Shown: positions 11,344 through 22,899 of the stretch, piece by piece
How positions within the stretch are numbered: position 1 is the stretch's first letter
Layout of the letters: the number at the start of each line of letters is the position of its first letter
Origin: Malacoraja senta
Taxonomy: Eukaryota
Assembly (NCBI GenBank): GCA_038087875.1
Contig: JAXLNO010000596.1
Location: forward strand, 1 to 40,663
DNA length: 40,663 bases
Direction: 5' to 3'
Notes under the pieces: model-generated
The model's input: only the letters and a program-made list of their open reading frames with translations
Told to the model about the DNA's origin: nothing
Database searches by the model: none
Position numbers and translations under genes: made by a program

Positions 11344-11728
11344 ACGCCCTCCAGGCGCTGTAGCCAGTTCAATGTGGTGTTGTCGAGCAGATGTTCAATG
11401 ATGGTGGTCTGGGTCTTGGTGAGGCCTTCCGCATTCAGCTGCAGCCGGGTGATGCCATCCGGTTCGACAGCCATAGGTGCCCGCCCTAAACAGGGCGCAT
11501 GCTCCGGGGTTGGCGCCGAGCTGCGGCGACTGAGGTTGCAAGCTGTTGTTGTCTGTTCGTTGTTTTTCTGCTGCTGTCTCTGTTTGTTGTCGTTCACCTG
11601 ACAGGTCAGTTGACAGGGCTCACCACGGGGAGGTGGACAACATGAGCCCTGGAGAATTGTTGACATGTCTTCTGTTCGGAAGGCTTCAGATTTTGGACTG
11701 ACTGTGTACGCAATCTTTTCTATCACAG

Positions 11729-11774
11729 GATTCTATCGCTGGATGAAAATTTCCTTCTGCAGTTCAAAATGGAT
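11729..11774 (+). CDS. SCGN: Secretagogin coding exon (46 nt; ILSLDENFLLQFKMD)
   Basis: Acceptor tcacag| and donor |gtaagt. The ENFLL motif is typical of the calbindin/calretinin/secretagogin family. Confidence 0.96.
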
Positions 11775-11846
11775 GTAAGTTCAACTTTCGAAACGTTCCT
11801 CAGGGAGCAAAGGGCGGCGCAGCGGTCGAGTTGCTGCCTTTTTTGG

Positions 11847-12333
11847 CAGATTGATCCCTGGGATGGCGGGACTGTCATATGAGGAAAGATTAAAAAGACT
11901 AGGCTTGTATTCACTGGAGTTTAGAAGGATGAGGGGGGATCTTATAGAAACATATACAATTATAAAAGGACTGGACAAGCTCGATGCAGGAAAAAATTTC
12001 CCAATGTTGGGCGAGTCCAGAACCAGGGGCCACAGTCTTAGAATAAAGGGGAGGTCATTTAAGACTGAGGTGAGGAAAAACATTTTCACCCAGAGAGTTG
12101 TGAATTTATGGAATTCCCTGCCACAGAGGGCAGTGGAGGCCAAGTCACTGGATGGATTTAAGAGAGAGTTAGATAGAGCTCTAGGGGCTAGTGGAGTCAA
12201 GGGATATGGGGAGAAGGCAGGCACGGGTTATTGATAGGAGACGATCAGCCATGATCACAATGAATGGCGGTGCTGACTCGAAGGGCCGAATGGCCTCCTC
12301 CTGCACCTATTTCCTATGGTTCTATGTTTCTAT
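11847..12333 (+). mobile_element. CR1 LINE 3' fragment
   Basis: ORF IPGMAGLSYEERLKRLGLYSLEFRRMRGDLIE...RVVNLWNSLP, with a (tttctatg)n-type tail. Confidence 0.92.
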
Positions 12334-12334
12334 C

Positions 12335-12686
12335 AGGTTGGTTAGTGCAAACTGAGCAGAGGTGTTGGGCGAAGCGATCGCCGAACCTGCGTTTGGTCTC
12401 GCCGATGTAGAGAAGGTGACACCTGGAACAGCGGATGCAGTAGATGAGGTTGGAGGAGGTGCAGGTGAACCTCTGCCTCACCTGGAAAGACTGCTTGGGT
12501 CCTAAACTAAACAGATGGACACAGAGTGCTGGAGTAACTCGGCGGGTCAGGCAGCATCTCTGGAGAACGTGGATAGGTGACGTTACGGATCAGACTAAAG
12601 AAGGGTCTGGAGAGCGTCGTCTAGCCATGTTCTCCAGAGATGCTGCCTGACCCACTGTGTTACTCCAGCGCTTTGTGTCCATTTAG
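12335..12686 (-). mobile_element. PLE GIY-YIG fragment plus fold-back terminal-repeat unit
   Basis: 12335-12500 is homologous to 26690-26840. Inverted arms ggacacagagtgctggagtaac and gttactccagcgctttgtgtcc lie at about 12517-12680. Confidence 0.72.
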
Positions 12687-12700
12687 ATTTTCATTGACAT

Positions 12701-12972
12701 TGGCACGGTGGCGCAGCGGTAGAGTTGCTGCTTTACGGTGCTAGATACCCGGGTTCGATCCAGACCACGGGTGCTATTCGTACCTTAGTTTGTACGTTCT
12801 CCCCGTGACCTGTGTGGGATTTTCTCCGGGTTCTCTCGCTTTCCTCCCACGGACCGAAGACGTACAGGTTTGTAGGTTAATTGGCTTCGGTAAAACTGTA
12901 AATTGTCCAAAGAGTGCGTAGGATAGTGCTCGTGTATGGGGTAATCACTGGTTGGCCCTGTCTCAGTGGGCT
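12701..12972 (+). mobile_element. HE1-like SINE
   Basis: Head ggcacggtggcgcagcggtagagttgctgc, B-box ggttcgatcc and V-domain. Confidence 0.85.
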
Positions 12973-13508
12973 GTAGAAAATAGTCTAGGCCTTTATTCCT
13001 ACGACCAAAATGCATGACTCCACACTTTGCTGCACTTTATTCCATCTGCCACTTCTCTGCCCACCCTCCCAACCTGTCCAAGTCCTTCTGCAGAGTCCCT
13101 ACTTTTTCTCTACACTACCTGCCCCTTCCATTATTTTCGTATCATCCGCAAACTTGGCCACAAAGCCTTCAATCCCCTCGTCCAAATCATTAATATACAA
13201 CGTGAAGAGCAGTGGCCCCAGCACTGAGCCCTGCGGAACTCCGCTAGTCACTGGCAGACAACCAGAAAAAGCCCTATTTATTGCCACTCTTTGTCTTCTG
13301 CCATCCAGCCAACCTGCTACCCATGCTAGTTTCTGCCCGTTGATACCGTGGCTTCTCATCTTCCTTAGCAGCCTCACGCACGACACCTTATCAAAGGCTT
13401 TCTGAAAATCTAGGTAAATAACATCCACTGTCTCTCCTTTGTCTGTCCTGCTATTTACTTCCTCAAAGAATTCCAGCAGATTCGCCAGGCAAGATCTCCC
13501 CTTCACAA
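12973..13508 (-). mobile_element. CR1 LINE internal RT fragment
   Basis: YLDFQKAFDKV, SGVPQGSVLGP and KFADDTK motifs. Confidence 0.92.
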
Positions 13509-13593
13509 AACAGAGCGAAAAACTAAATTAAACTAACCTATCCTTTTTGACATATTGAATAAAATTGTTTCACCTTGACTTTGCCCACGTTGA

Positions 13594-13913
13594 GGGCGGC
13601 ACGGTGGCGCAGCGGTAGAGTTGCTGCCTTACAGCGAATGCAGCGCCGGAGACCCGGGTTCGATCCCGATTACGGGTGCTGTCTGTACGGAGTTTGTACG
13701 TTCTCCCCGCGGACCTGCGTGGGTTTTCTCCAAAATCTTCGGTTTCCTCCCACACTCCGAAGACGTACAGGTTTGTAGGTTAATTGGCTTGGTAAATGTA
13801 AAAATTGTCCCTAGTGTGTGTGGGATAGTGTTAATGTGCGGGGATCGCTGGTCGGCGTGGACCCGGTGGGCCGAAGGGCCTGTTTCCGCGCTGTATCTCT
13901 AAACTAAACTAAA
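13594..13913 (+). mobile_element. Full-length HE1-like SINE
   Basis: A-box-like tggcgcagcgg, B-box ggttcgatccc, V-domain, HER1-like tail gggccgaagggcctgtttccgcgctgtatctc and (TAAAC)n. Confidence 0.92.
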
Positions 13914-14090
13914 ATGTTGCAATTCCCTAGAATTATCTGCGATGAAATTTCCAGTTTTCTCGTTATTCTATATCAACCTATTTTCCATACAATTTTACCT
14001 TGGTTTGGTTTTGACAAATCGAGCTATGCTCTCACCTTTTCAATGAAAATGACCACTGTTTGTCATTACTTTTCTCCCTTTTTTGCAAAG

Positions 14091-14150
14091 GCTTGCAGCC
14101 TGGAGGAACGAAGAAGTGACTTTGAGACGATTTTCTCTCACTATGACGTG
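14091..14150 (+). CDS. SCGN: Secretagogin coding exon (60 nt; ACSLEERRSDFETIFSHYDV)
   Basis: Polypyrimidine tract with gcaaag| acceptor and |gtgagt donor. Matches human ACSTEERKRDFEKIFAYYDV. Confidence 0.95.
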
Positions 14151-14167
14151 GTGAGTGATGTTTATAT

Positions 14168-14968
14168 GTCGACCTACAGTGGACGCAGCCCAGACCATCA
14201 CACAAACCAACCTCCCTTCCATTGACTCCATTTATACCTCAGGGAAGGGGGGGGGGCACGGTGGCGCAGCGGTAGAGTTGTTGCCTAACAGCGCTTGCAG
14301 CGCCGGAGACCCGGGTTCAATCCCGACCACGGGTGCTGTCTCCACGGAGTTTGTACGTACTCCCCGCGACCTGCGTGGGTTTTCTACCAGATCTTCGGTT
14401 TCCTCCCACGCTCCAAAGACGTACAGGTTTGTAGGTTAATCGTCTTGGTGTAAGTGTAAATCGTCCCTAGTGTGTGTAGGTTAGTGTTGGTGTGCGGGGA
14501 TCGCTGGTCGATGTCGACTCGGTGGGCTGAAGTGCCTGTTTCCACGCTGTATCTCTAAACTAAACTAAACGAACCTAAACTGACGCTGCCTCGGCAAGGC
14601 CACCAGTATACTCAAGGCCGCTCCCTCTTCTCCACTCTCCCTTCAGTCAAATGCTTAGAAGTGTGAAAACGCACACCTCCAGATTCAGGGACAGTTTCTT
14701 CCAATTTCTTATCAGACAACTGAACCATTCTACCACAACCGGAGAGCAGTGCTGAACTACTATCTACCTCTCTGGTGACCTTCAGACTATCCTTGATCAG
14801 ATTTACTGGCTTTACCTTGCGTTAAACGTTATTCCCTGATAATGTATCTGTGCACTGTAAAGGGCTCGATTGTAATCATGTGTTGTCTTTCCGCCGACTA
14901 GTTAGCACGCAACAAAAGCTTCTCACTGTACCTCGGTACACGTGACAATAAACTAAACTGCAACTGAA
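14168..14968 (+). mobile_element. Rex1/Babar-like LINE 3' fragment split by an HE1-like SINE (about 14251-14583)
   Basis: AQTITQTNLPSIDSIYTS resumes as RCLGKATSILK after the SINE; tail ctgtacctcggtacacgtgacaataaa. Confidence 0.8.
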
Positions 14969-15113
14969 ACCCTGTCACACTATGTCCAGCCTCTCCCCTT
15001 TACCAATTTTTCTTCTGCCCTCCACCACCATAATTATTCAGAAGAAGGGTCTCGACCAGAAACTTCACCAGTCCATGTTCTCCGGAGATGCTGCTTGACC
15101 CGCTGACATACTT

Positions 15114-16786
15114 AACATAGAAACATAGAAACATAGAAAATAGGTGCAGGAGGAGGCCATTCGGCCCCTCAAGCCAGCACCGCCATTCATTGTGATCATG
15201 GCTGATCGTCCTCTATCAATGACCCATGCCTGCCTTCTCCCCATATCCCTTGACTCCACTAGCCTCGAACTCCCTCTTAAATCCATCCAGTGATTTGGCC
15301 TCCACTGCCCTCTGTGGCATGGAATTCCATAAATTCACAACTCTCTGGGTGAAAACGTTTTTTCTCACCTCAGTCTTAAATGACCTCCCCTCTATTCTAA
15401 GACTGTGGCCCCTGGTTCTGGACTCGCCCAACATTGGGAACATTTTTCCTGCATCTAGCTTGTCCAGTCCTTTTATAATTTTATATGTTTCTATAAGACC
15501 CCCCCTCATCCTTCTAAACTCCAGTGAATACAAGCCTAGTCTTTTCAATCTTTCCTCATATGACAGTCCCGCCATCCCAGGGATCAATCTCGTGAACCTA
15601 CGCTGCACTGCCTCCATCACAAGGATGTCCTTCCTCAAATTAGGAGACCAAAACTGTACACAATACTCCAGATGTGGTCTCACCAGAGCCCTATACAACT
15701 GCAGATGAACCTCTTTACTCCTATACTGAAATCCTCTTGTTATGAAGGCCAACATTCCATTAGCTTTCTTCACTGCCTGCTGTACCTGCACGCCAACTTT
15801 CAGTGACTGGTGTACAAGGACACCCAGGTCTCGCTGCACCTCCCCCTTACCTAACCTAACCCCATTGAGATAATAATCTGCCCCCTTGTTTTTGCCGCCA
15901 AAGTGGATAACCTCACATTTATCTATATTATACTGCATCTGCCACGCATCTGCCCACTCACTCAACCTGTCCAGGTCACCCTGCAACCTCCTAACATCCT
16001 CTTCACAGTTCACACTGCCACCCAGCTTTGTGTCATCCGCAAACTTGCTAGTGTTGCTCCTAATTCCCTCTTCCAAATCATTAATATATATGGTAAACAG
16101 TTACGGCCCCAACACCGAGCCTTGCGGCACTCCACTCGCCACTGCCTGCCATTCTGAAAAGGACCCGTTCACTCCTACTCTTTGCTTCCGGTCTGTCAAC
16201 CAATTTTCTATCCATGTCAACACCCTACCCCCAATACCATGTGCTCTAATTTTAGTCTCCCGTGCGGGACCTTATCAAAGGCTTTCTGAAAGTCTAGATA
16301 CACTACATCCACTGGCTCCCCTTCATTCATTTTACTTGTCACATCCTCAAAAAATTCCAGAAGATTAGTCAAGCATGATTTCCCTTTCATAAATCCACGT
16401 TGACTTGGACTAATCCTTTTACTGCTATCCAAATGCCCCATTATTACATCTTTAATAATTGACTCCAGCATCTTTCCCACCACCCAAGTCAGGATAACTG
16501 GTCTGTAATTCCCCGTTTTCTCTCTCGCTCCTTTCTTGAAAAGTGGGATAACATTAGCTATCCTACAATCCACAGGAACTGATCCTGAATCTATTGAACA
16601 TTGGAAAATGATCATCAATGTGTCCACTATTTCTAGAGCCACCTCCCTGAGGACCCTGGGATGCAGACCATCAGGCCCAGGGGATTTATCATCCTTCAGT
16701 CCCATTAGCCTACCCAATACTATTTCTCACCTAATGAAACTTTCTTTCAGTTCCTCTACCCCCTTAGATCCTCTGTCCTCCAGTAC
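15114..16786 (-). mobile_element. About 1.7-kb 5'-truncated CR1 LINE with a disrupted RT ORF
   Basis: KSPGPDGLHPRVL, NYRPVILT, YLDFQKAFDKVPH and KFADDTK motifs. There is a frameshift near 16250 and an in-frame TAA near 16100. Tail (CATAGAAA)n on the + strand. Confidence 0.95.
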
Positions 16787-17574
16787 ACTCCAGCACTTGA
16801 TGTCATTTTGTGCAAGCAAAAATTATTGTTGATCTCCTGACACCAAGCCATTCACGGGACTCTGTATAACATGAGTGTTCAGTCTCGCTGTGAGAGAATG
16901 CCTGATTGGTCTGGGAGGTGCACAAACGCAAGTGTACACGATTTTCCTTACAGGAACATAAAGTCATAAGGAATAGGGGTAGAATTAGGCCATTCGGCCC
17001 ATCAAGCCTACTCCGCCATTCAATCATGGCTGATCTATCTCTCCCTCCTAAACCCATTCTCCTGCCTTCTCCGCATAACAATAGACAATAGACAGTAGGT
17101 GCAGGAGTAGGCCATTCGGCCCTTCGAGCCAGCACCACCATTCACTGTGATCATGGCTGATCATCTACAATCAGTACCCCGTTCCTGCCTTATCCACAAA
17201 TCCCTTGACTCCGCTATCTTTAAGAGCTCTATCTAACTCTCTCTTGAAAGCATCCAGAGAACTGGCCTCCACTGCCTTCTGAGGCAGAGAATTCCACAGA
17301 TTCACAACCTCTGACACCTGTACTAATGAAGAACCTTTCTATCTCTGCCTTAAAAGTATCCACTGACTTGGCCTCCACAGCCTTCTGTGGCAAAGGATTC
17401 CACAGATTCACCACCCTCTGACTAAAAAAATGTCTCCTCTTCTCCTTCCTAAAAGAACGTCCTTTAATTCTGAGGCTATGACCTCGAGTCCAAGAGCAAT
17501 TGAACACAGATGCGCTGTACTTCGGTGCTAGATCAGGCTTCTGTACAGAGTGACTATCTGGCAGAGCAACCTAT

Positions 17575-18232
17575 CCCAATACCTCCTCCCGCAACTCCAT
17601 CCAGGGTCTTTCAGGTGAGGCTGAGGTTCACTAGCACCTCCTCCAACCTCATCCACTGTATTCCGCTGTTCCTGGTGTGGACTGCTGTATATCGGCGAGA
17701 CCAAGCACGGGCTGGGCGATCGTTTCGCTGAACACCTCCGCTCACTCCGCCTGGACCTACCTGATCTCCCGGTTGCCAAACACTTTAATTCCCCTTCCCA
17801 TTCCGACCTTTCTGCCCTGGGACTCCTCCACTGGCAGAGGGAGGCCACACGCAAATTGGAGGAACTGCACCTCATATTTCACTTGGGCAGCGGTATGAAT
17901 ATTGATTTCTCTAATGTCAAGTAACTCCATCATTCCCTCTCTCACTGCCCCTCCCCCACCCTAGTGGTCCTGCCAGTTTCACTGTTCGCTTCCTTGTATC
18001 CCTTCATTATCACCTCTACCCCAGCCAACAATGGACCAATTGTGGGCTCCACCTTTCCTTGGCCATCGGTGCCGGCTCTGATTTGTTCGGAACTTTTTCA
18101 TACGTCTAGTTTCCCTCTGCCCCGTGACTCTCAGCCTGAAGAAGGGTCTCCACCCGAAACGTCGCCCATTCATTCTCTCCAGAGATGATGCTGCCTGTCC
18201 TGCTGAGTTGCTCCAAGCATTTTGTGTCCTGT
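17575..18232 (+). mobile_element. Penelope-like element 3' fragment (GIY-YIG plus terminal repeat)
   Basis: FQVRLRFTSTSSNLIHCI...YIGETKHGLGDRFAEHLRS, followed by the hammerhead motif. Confidence 0.85.
18136..18163 (+). ncRNA. Minimal hammerhead ribozyme motif (PLE-associated), intronic, sense to SCGN
   Basis: CTGAAGAAGGGTCTCCACCCGAAACGTC at the 3' end of a PLE fragment. Confidence 0.72.
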
Positions 18233-18293
18233 CTTCATGATATGGGAATAAAGTTCAGTGCAAGGTAAAGTCAGTAAAGTCCGATCAAAGATC

Positions 18294-18620
18294 ACGGTCA
18301 CGGTGGCGCAGCGGTAGAGTTGCTGCCTTACAGCGAATGCAGCGCTGGAGACCGGGTTCCATCCCGACTACGGGTGCTGTCTGTACGGAGTTTGTACGTT
18401 CTCCCCGTGACCTGCGTGGGTTTTCTCCCAGATCTTCGGTTTCCTCCCACGCTCCAAAGACGTACGGGTATGTAGATAAATTGACTTGGTAAATGTAAAA
18501 AATATATATTCTTAGTGGGTGTAGGATGGTGTTAATGTGCAGGGATCGCTGGTTGGCACGGACCCGGTGGGCCGAAGGGCCTGTTTCTGTGCTGTATCTC
18601 TAAACTAAACTCAACTAAAA
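18294..18620 (+). mobile_element. HE1-like SINE
   Basis: Matches the SINE consensus from head to tail. Confidence 0.9.
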
Positions 18621-18718
18621 GATAGTCCGAGGGTCACCAATAAGGTAGATAGTGGTTCTCTGCTGCTCCTCAACTGAAAGGATTTACTAATCCTCAATTA
18701 TTGATGATTATTTTGCAG

Positions 18719-18787
18719 AGTAAAACAGGAGCCCTGGAAGGTCCTGAGGTGGACGGGTTTGTTAAAGATATGATGGAATTGGTGAAG
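18719..18787 (+). CDS. SCGN: Secretagogin coding exon (69 nt; [23 protein letters not shown])
   Basis: Acceptor ttgcag| and donor |gtgagt. Near-identical to human [23 protein letters not shown]. Confidence 0.97.
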
Positions 18788-18860
18788 GTGAGTTGGTGCA
18801 AGATGAATTGGGATAAAAAATGTCTGTTTATGTAACTATGTACGGCAATGTGAATGTGTG

Positions 18861-19465
18861 ACAATAGACAATAGACAATAGGTGCAGGAGTAGGCCATTC
18901 GCCCCTTCGAGCCAGCACCGCCATTCAATGTGATCATGGCTGATCATCCCCAATCAGTACCCCGTTCCTGCCTTCTCCCCATATCCCCTGACTCCGCTAT
19001 CTTTAAGAGCCCTATCTAGCTCTCTCTTGAAAGCCTCCAGAGTATTGGCCTCCACTACCTTCTGAGGCAAAGAATTCCACAGATTCACAACTGTCTGTGT
19101 GAAAAAGTTTTTCCTCATCTCCGTTCTAAATGGCTTACCCCATATTCTTAAACTGTGGCCCCTGGTTCTGGACTCTCCCAACATCGGGAACATGTTTCCT
19201 GCCTCTATCATGTCCAAACCTTTAATAATCTTATCTGTTTTCAATAAGCTCCCCTCTCATTCTTCTAAATTCCAGAGTATACAAGCCCAGCCGCTCCATT
19301 CTCTCAGCATATGACAGTCCCGCCATCCCGGGATTTAACCTGGTGAACCTACGCTGCAAGAATTTCCTTCCTCCAATTTGGAGACCAAAACTGCACACAA
19401 TACTCCAGGTCTGGTCTCACTAGGGCCCTGTACAACTGCAGAAGGACCTCTTTGCTCCTACACTT
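18861..19465 (-). mobile_element. CR1 LINE 3' fragment
   Basis: ESRTRGHSLRI...VVNLWNSLP, with a (CAATAGA)n tail on the + strand. Confidence 0.9.
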
Positions 19466-19523
19466 CCTATGTTTCCACTGCCATTAAGATGAATATAAAT
19501 GGCGCCAATACTAGCAATATTGT

Positions 19524-19823
19524 GGGTGGCATGGTAGCTCAGCGGTAGGCTTGCTGCCTCACAGCACCAGGGACCCAGGTTCGATCCTGAACATGGGTGC
19601 TGTCTGTACAGAGTTTGCACGTTCCCCCCTTGACCTGCGTGGGTTTTTTACGTGTGCTCCGGTTTCCTCCCACACTCCAAAGACGTACGGGTTTGTGGAT
19701 TAATTGGCTTGGTATAAATGTAAATTGTCCCTAGTGTGTGTAGGATAGTGTTAGTGTGCGGGGATCGCTGGTCGGCACGGACGCGGTGGGCCGAAGGGCC
19801 TGTTTGCGCGCTGTATCTCTAAA
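19524..19823 (+). mobile_element. HE1-like SINE
   Basis: Head tggtagctcagcggtagg, B-box ggttcgatcc, V-domain and tail. Confidence 0.88.
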
Positions 19824-19834
19824 GTCTGCAGTAA

Positions 19835-20081
19835 AGGGCTTGCCCCACTTGGGCGTCATTTGTGTGTAATTTCCGCGACATCATTTACGCGTCACGACAC
19901 ACGACGCGCGTGTCTTGTCGCGCACGTGATGCGCGCATGGTATGCATTACGCGCGGATGGTGCGTGGTGACGTAGGCAGTGACGCGTGGTCGCGCGCGGC
20001 GCCCCAGGATTTCGGGATGTACAAATTCTTCGCGCGCCATCTGCGTGACGCGCAAATGACGCCCAAGTGGGACAGGCCCCT
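19835..20081. mobile_element. PIF/Harbinger-type MITE, CpG-rich
   Basis: TIRs agggcttgccccacttgggcgtcatttg and caaatgacgcccaagtgggacaggcccct, with TAA on both flanks. Confidence 0.85.
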
Positions 20082-20187
20082 TAAAGTGAACATACCGTGC
20101 GTGCGATACAATGGAGTGAAAATACATGAGGGCAAAGCACCAGCTTTAGTCAGTTACGTGTCCTTTTCTTTCTCTTATTTTCTTCAG

Positions 20188-20316
20188 TCAAGTATCACCG
20201 GAGTTGACCTGGACAAGTTCCGTGAGATTCTGCTGCACCACTGCGATGTGAACCAGGATGGAAAGATTCAGAAGACTGAGCTGGCTCTCTGCCTGGGACT
20301 GAAAATGAACCAATGA
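20188..20316 (+). CDS. SCGN: Secretagogin last coding exon (129 nt incl. [45 protein letters not shown])
   Basis: Long polypyrimidine tract with cttcag| acceptor. Contains EF-hand loop [12 protein letters not shown] and a C-terminus matching [13 protein letters not shown]. Confidence 0.97.
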   Translation, partial: SSITGVDLDKFREILLHHCDVNQDGKIQKTELALCLGLKMNQ

Positions 20317-20726
20317 AGCCGGCCACGCGGCCAGCTGCTCCACACTGTATTAACCGCACGTCCTAATCTAACCCTGATAACGTTTGCCGACAATCCCCAG
20401 CTCTGTGCCTCACCGCGGTGCTCCATCTTTGTGCCGGAGAGGGGAAGTGAAACTAATCTTTCCCCCCCCCCCCAATCAATCCATCAATCCATTCACCACT
20501 TGTTATTGAAAAGCTCGAATGCTTTTGAATATGCATGCCTAGATGCAATGTGTTCATGAGGTCTTATAGGAGCAGAATTAGGCCATTTGGCTCATCAAGT
20601 CTGCTCCGCCATGGCTGATCCAACTACCTTTTCCCTCTTAACCCCATTCTCACTTATTTTTTTTATTGTCATTGATAAAACGATGCAGACATTATAAATG
20701 GCAAAAAAAATAAACTAAGTAAACAA

Positions 20727-22568
20727 AATAACCCAGTGGATCAGGCAGCATCTCTGGAGAACATAAGTTCTTAAGTTCTTGGAGGAGAATTAGGCCATTC
20801 GGTCCATCGAGTCGACTCTGCCATTCAATCATGGCTGATCTATCTCTCCCTCCTAACCCCATTCTCCTGCCTTCCCCCCCATAACCCCTGACACCCGCAC
20901 TAATCAAGAACATGGCTGGGTGACATTACATTGGGACACCTCTTTCGAAACGTGGTCTATCCATGTTCACAAGTTATAGGAGTAGAATCAAGCCATTCGG
21001 CCCATCGAGTCTATTCCGCCATTCAATCATGGCTGATCTCTGCCTCCTAATCCCATTTTCCTGCCTTTTTCCCCATAATCCTTGACACCCGTTCTAATCA
21101 AGAATTTGTCCATCTCTACCTTAAAAATATCCACTGGCTTGGTCTCCACTGCCCTCTGTGGCAATGAGTTCCACAGATTAACCACCACCAGACTAAAGAA
21201 GTTCCTCCTCACCCTTCTAAAACTCCCTTTCTCCTTTCTAAAGGTACGTCCTTTAATTCTGAGGCTGTGACCTCTGGTCCTAGACTCTCCCACCAGTGGA
21301 AACATGCTCTCCACATCCGCTCTATCCAGGCCTTTCATTATTCCGTAAGTTTCAATGAGGTCCCCCCTCAACCTTCTAAACTCCAGCGAGTACAGGCCCA
21401 GTGGTGTCAAAAGCTCATCATATGCTAACCCTAGGATCATTCTTAAGATTCCAGAGATGTTGTCTGACCTGCTGTGTTACTCCAGAACTGAATGACATCC
21501 AGAACTGCAAAAGCTGGTTGACAAAGTGCTGGAGTAACTCAGCAGGTCAGGCATCACATCTCTGGTGAACATGGACAGGTGACGATTCTGGTTGGGCCCA
21601 TTCTTTTGTTGACAGTGCTCATTCAATCTCCAGAGTGTTCCTATTCCCTGAAACTTTATTATTTACGAACTGTACCTCATCCCCCTTCCCCTTTTCATTA
21701 TCACTCATCCCTCTTTTCTATGTCACGGGTCAGGACATTTCTTCCAAAACATCACCTCCCCATGCTCTACAGAGATGCTTCCTAACCTGCTGAGTTACTC
21801 CAGTGCTTTTTGTTTTGTAAACTAGCACCTGCAATTCCTTGCAGAAACAAAGAACTGCAGATGCTGGTTTACAGGTGAAAGGACACAACGTGTGTCAGGG
21901 GTTATGGGAGAAGGCAGGAGAATGGGGTTGGGAGGGAGAGATAGATCAGCCATGACGATGGGCTGAACGGCCTAATTCTGCTCTTATCACTTAAGACCTG
22001 ATTACATAGAGTGCTGGAGTAACTCAGCGGGTCAGGAAGCATCTCTGGAGAACATGGATAGGTGACGTTTCGGGTCGGGACCCCTCTTCAGACTGATTAT
22101 GGGGCGGGGAAGGGGGGGTGAGATGCCGGAAGACAGGAAGGGCAAGACAATGTCTGGTTGGTTATAGGTGGACGCAGGTAGGGGGGGGGATGTTTGATAG
22201 GCAGATGGTTGGACAAAGAGCAGAGATTAAAGGATACGGTTGAGACAAAAGGATTGAAGAGTTGTGACTTGTGAAGCCAGAGGAAGGAATGCCGGTGGAA
22301 GGGGAAGGGGAGGGGGGGGGTCTGAAGGGTCCCATCCCGAAACATCCTCTGTCCATGTTCTCCAGAGATGCTGCCTGGCCTGCTGAGTTCCTCCAGCAAT
22401 TTGTGTCAGAAGGTCTTAAGTGATAAGAGCAGAATTAGGCCATTCAGCCCATCAAGTCATGATTGATCTAACTCTCCTTCCCAACCCTATTCTCCTGCCT
22501 TCTCCCCATAACCCCTGACACACTTTGTGTCCTTTTACCTGTAAACCAGCACTCATCTGCAATTCCTC
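20727..22568. mobile_element. Cluster of fold-back PLE terminal-repeat units with CR1 3' insertions (largest CR1 piece about 20970-21445, minus strand)
   Basis: Alternating gctggagtaactcagc...gcatctctggagaac arms and their reverse complements; CR1 ORF 21027-21440. Confidence 0.72.
22064..22091 (-). ncRNA. Minimal hammerhead ribozyme motif (PLE-associated)
   Basis: The reverse complement reads CTGAAGAGGGGTCCCGACCCGAAACGTC. Confidence 0.72.
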
Positions 22569-22899
22569 GTATCTGCATTGTAAATGGCAAATAGTGGTTT
22601 GAACCATTCATTCCATTTCTCATCATCATTAATGTAAGGCACTTTGTTTGACGATGGTCGCATGCTACATAACCCAGCAAAACCTGAACTTGACCGATGA
22701 GATTAAAAGTGTCCATTCCTGGTGCCCTGCTTCGATTTAAAAAAAAAAAAGATTTTTGGGGGGGAAATATCGCATGTATTTTAAGGAAAAGACAACAGAC
22801 ATCAGGGGCCGTATTATTCCACAGTGCCTTTCTGGACATTATCCTGTTGCTAAAAAAAAAAAAGCAATATGCACCTGGTAGTGAATTATTTAACATCCA

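Noticed and set aside
13594..13680. tRNA-like sequence with A and B boxes (many copies)
   Set aside because: It is the SINE head: it runs directly into the V-domain and tail and lacks a complete acceptor stem.
15216..16717. Possible active or domesticated reverse transcriptase gene
   Set aside because: It is 5'-truncated with a frameshift, an in-frame stop and a C-terminal deletion, so it is an ordinary dead CR1 copy.
19942..20187. N-terminal part of the 124-aa ORF ending in the SCGN C-terminus
   Set aside because: It is intronic MITE and polypyrimidine sequence. Homology starts at the acceptor at 20188.
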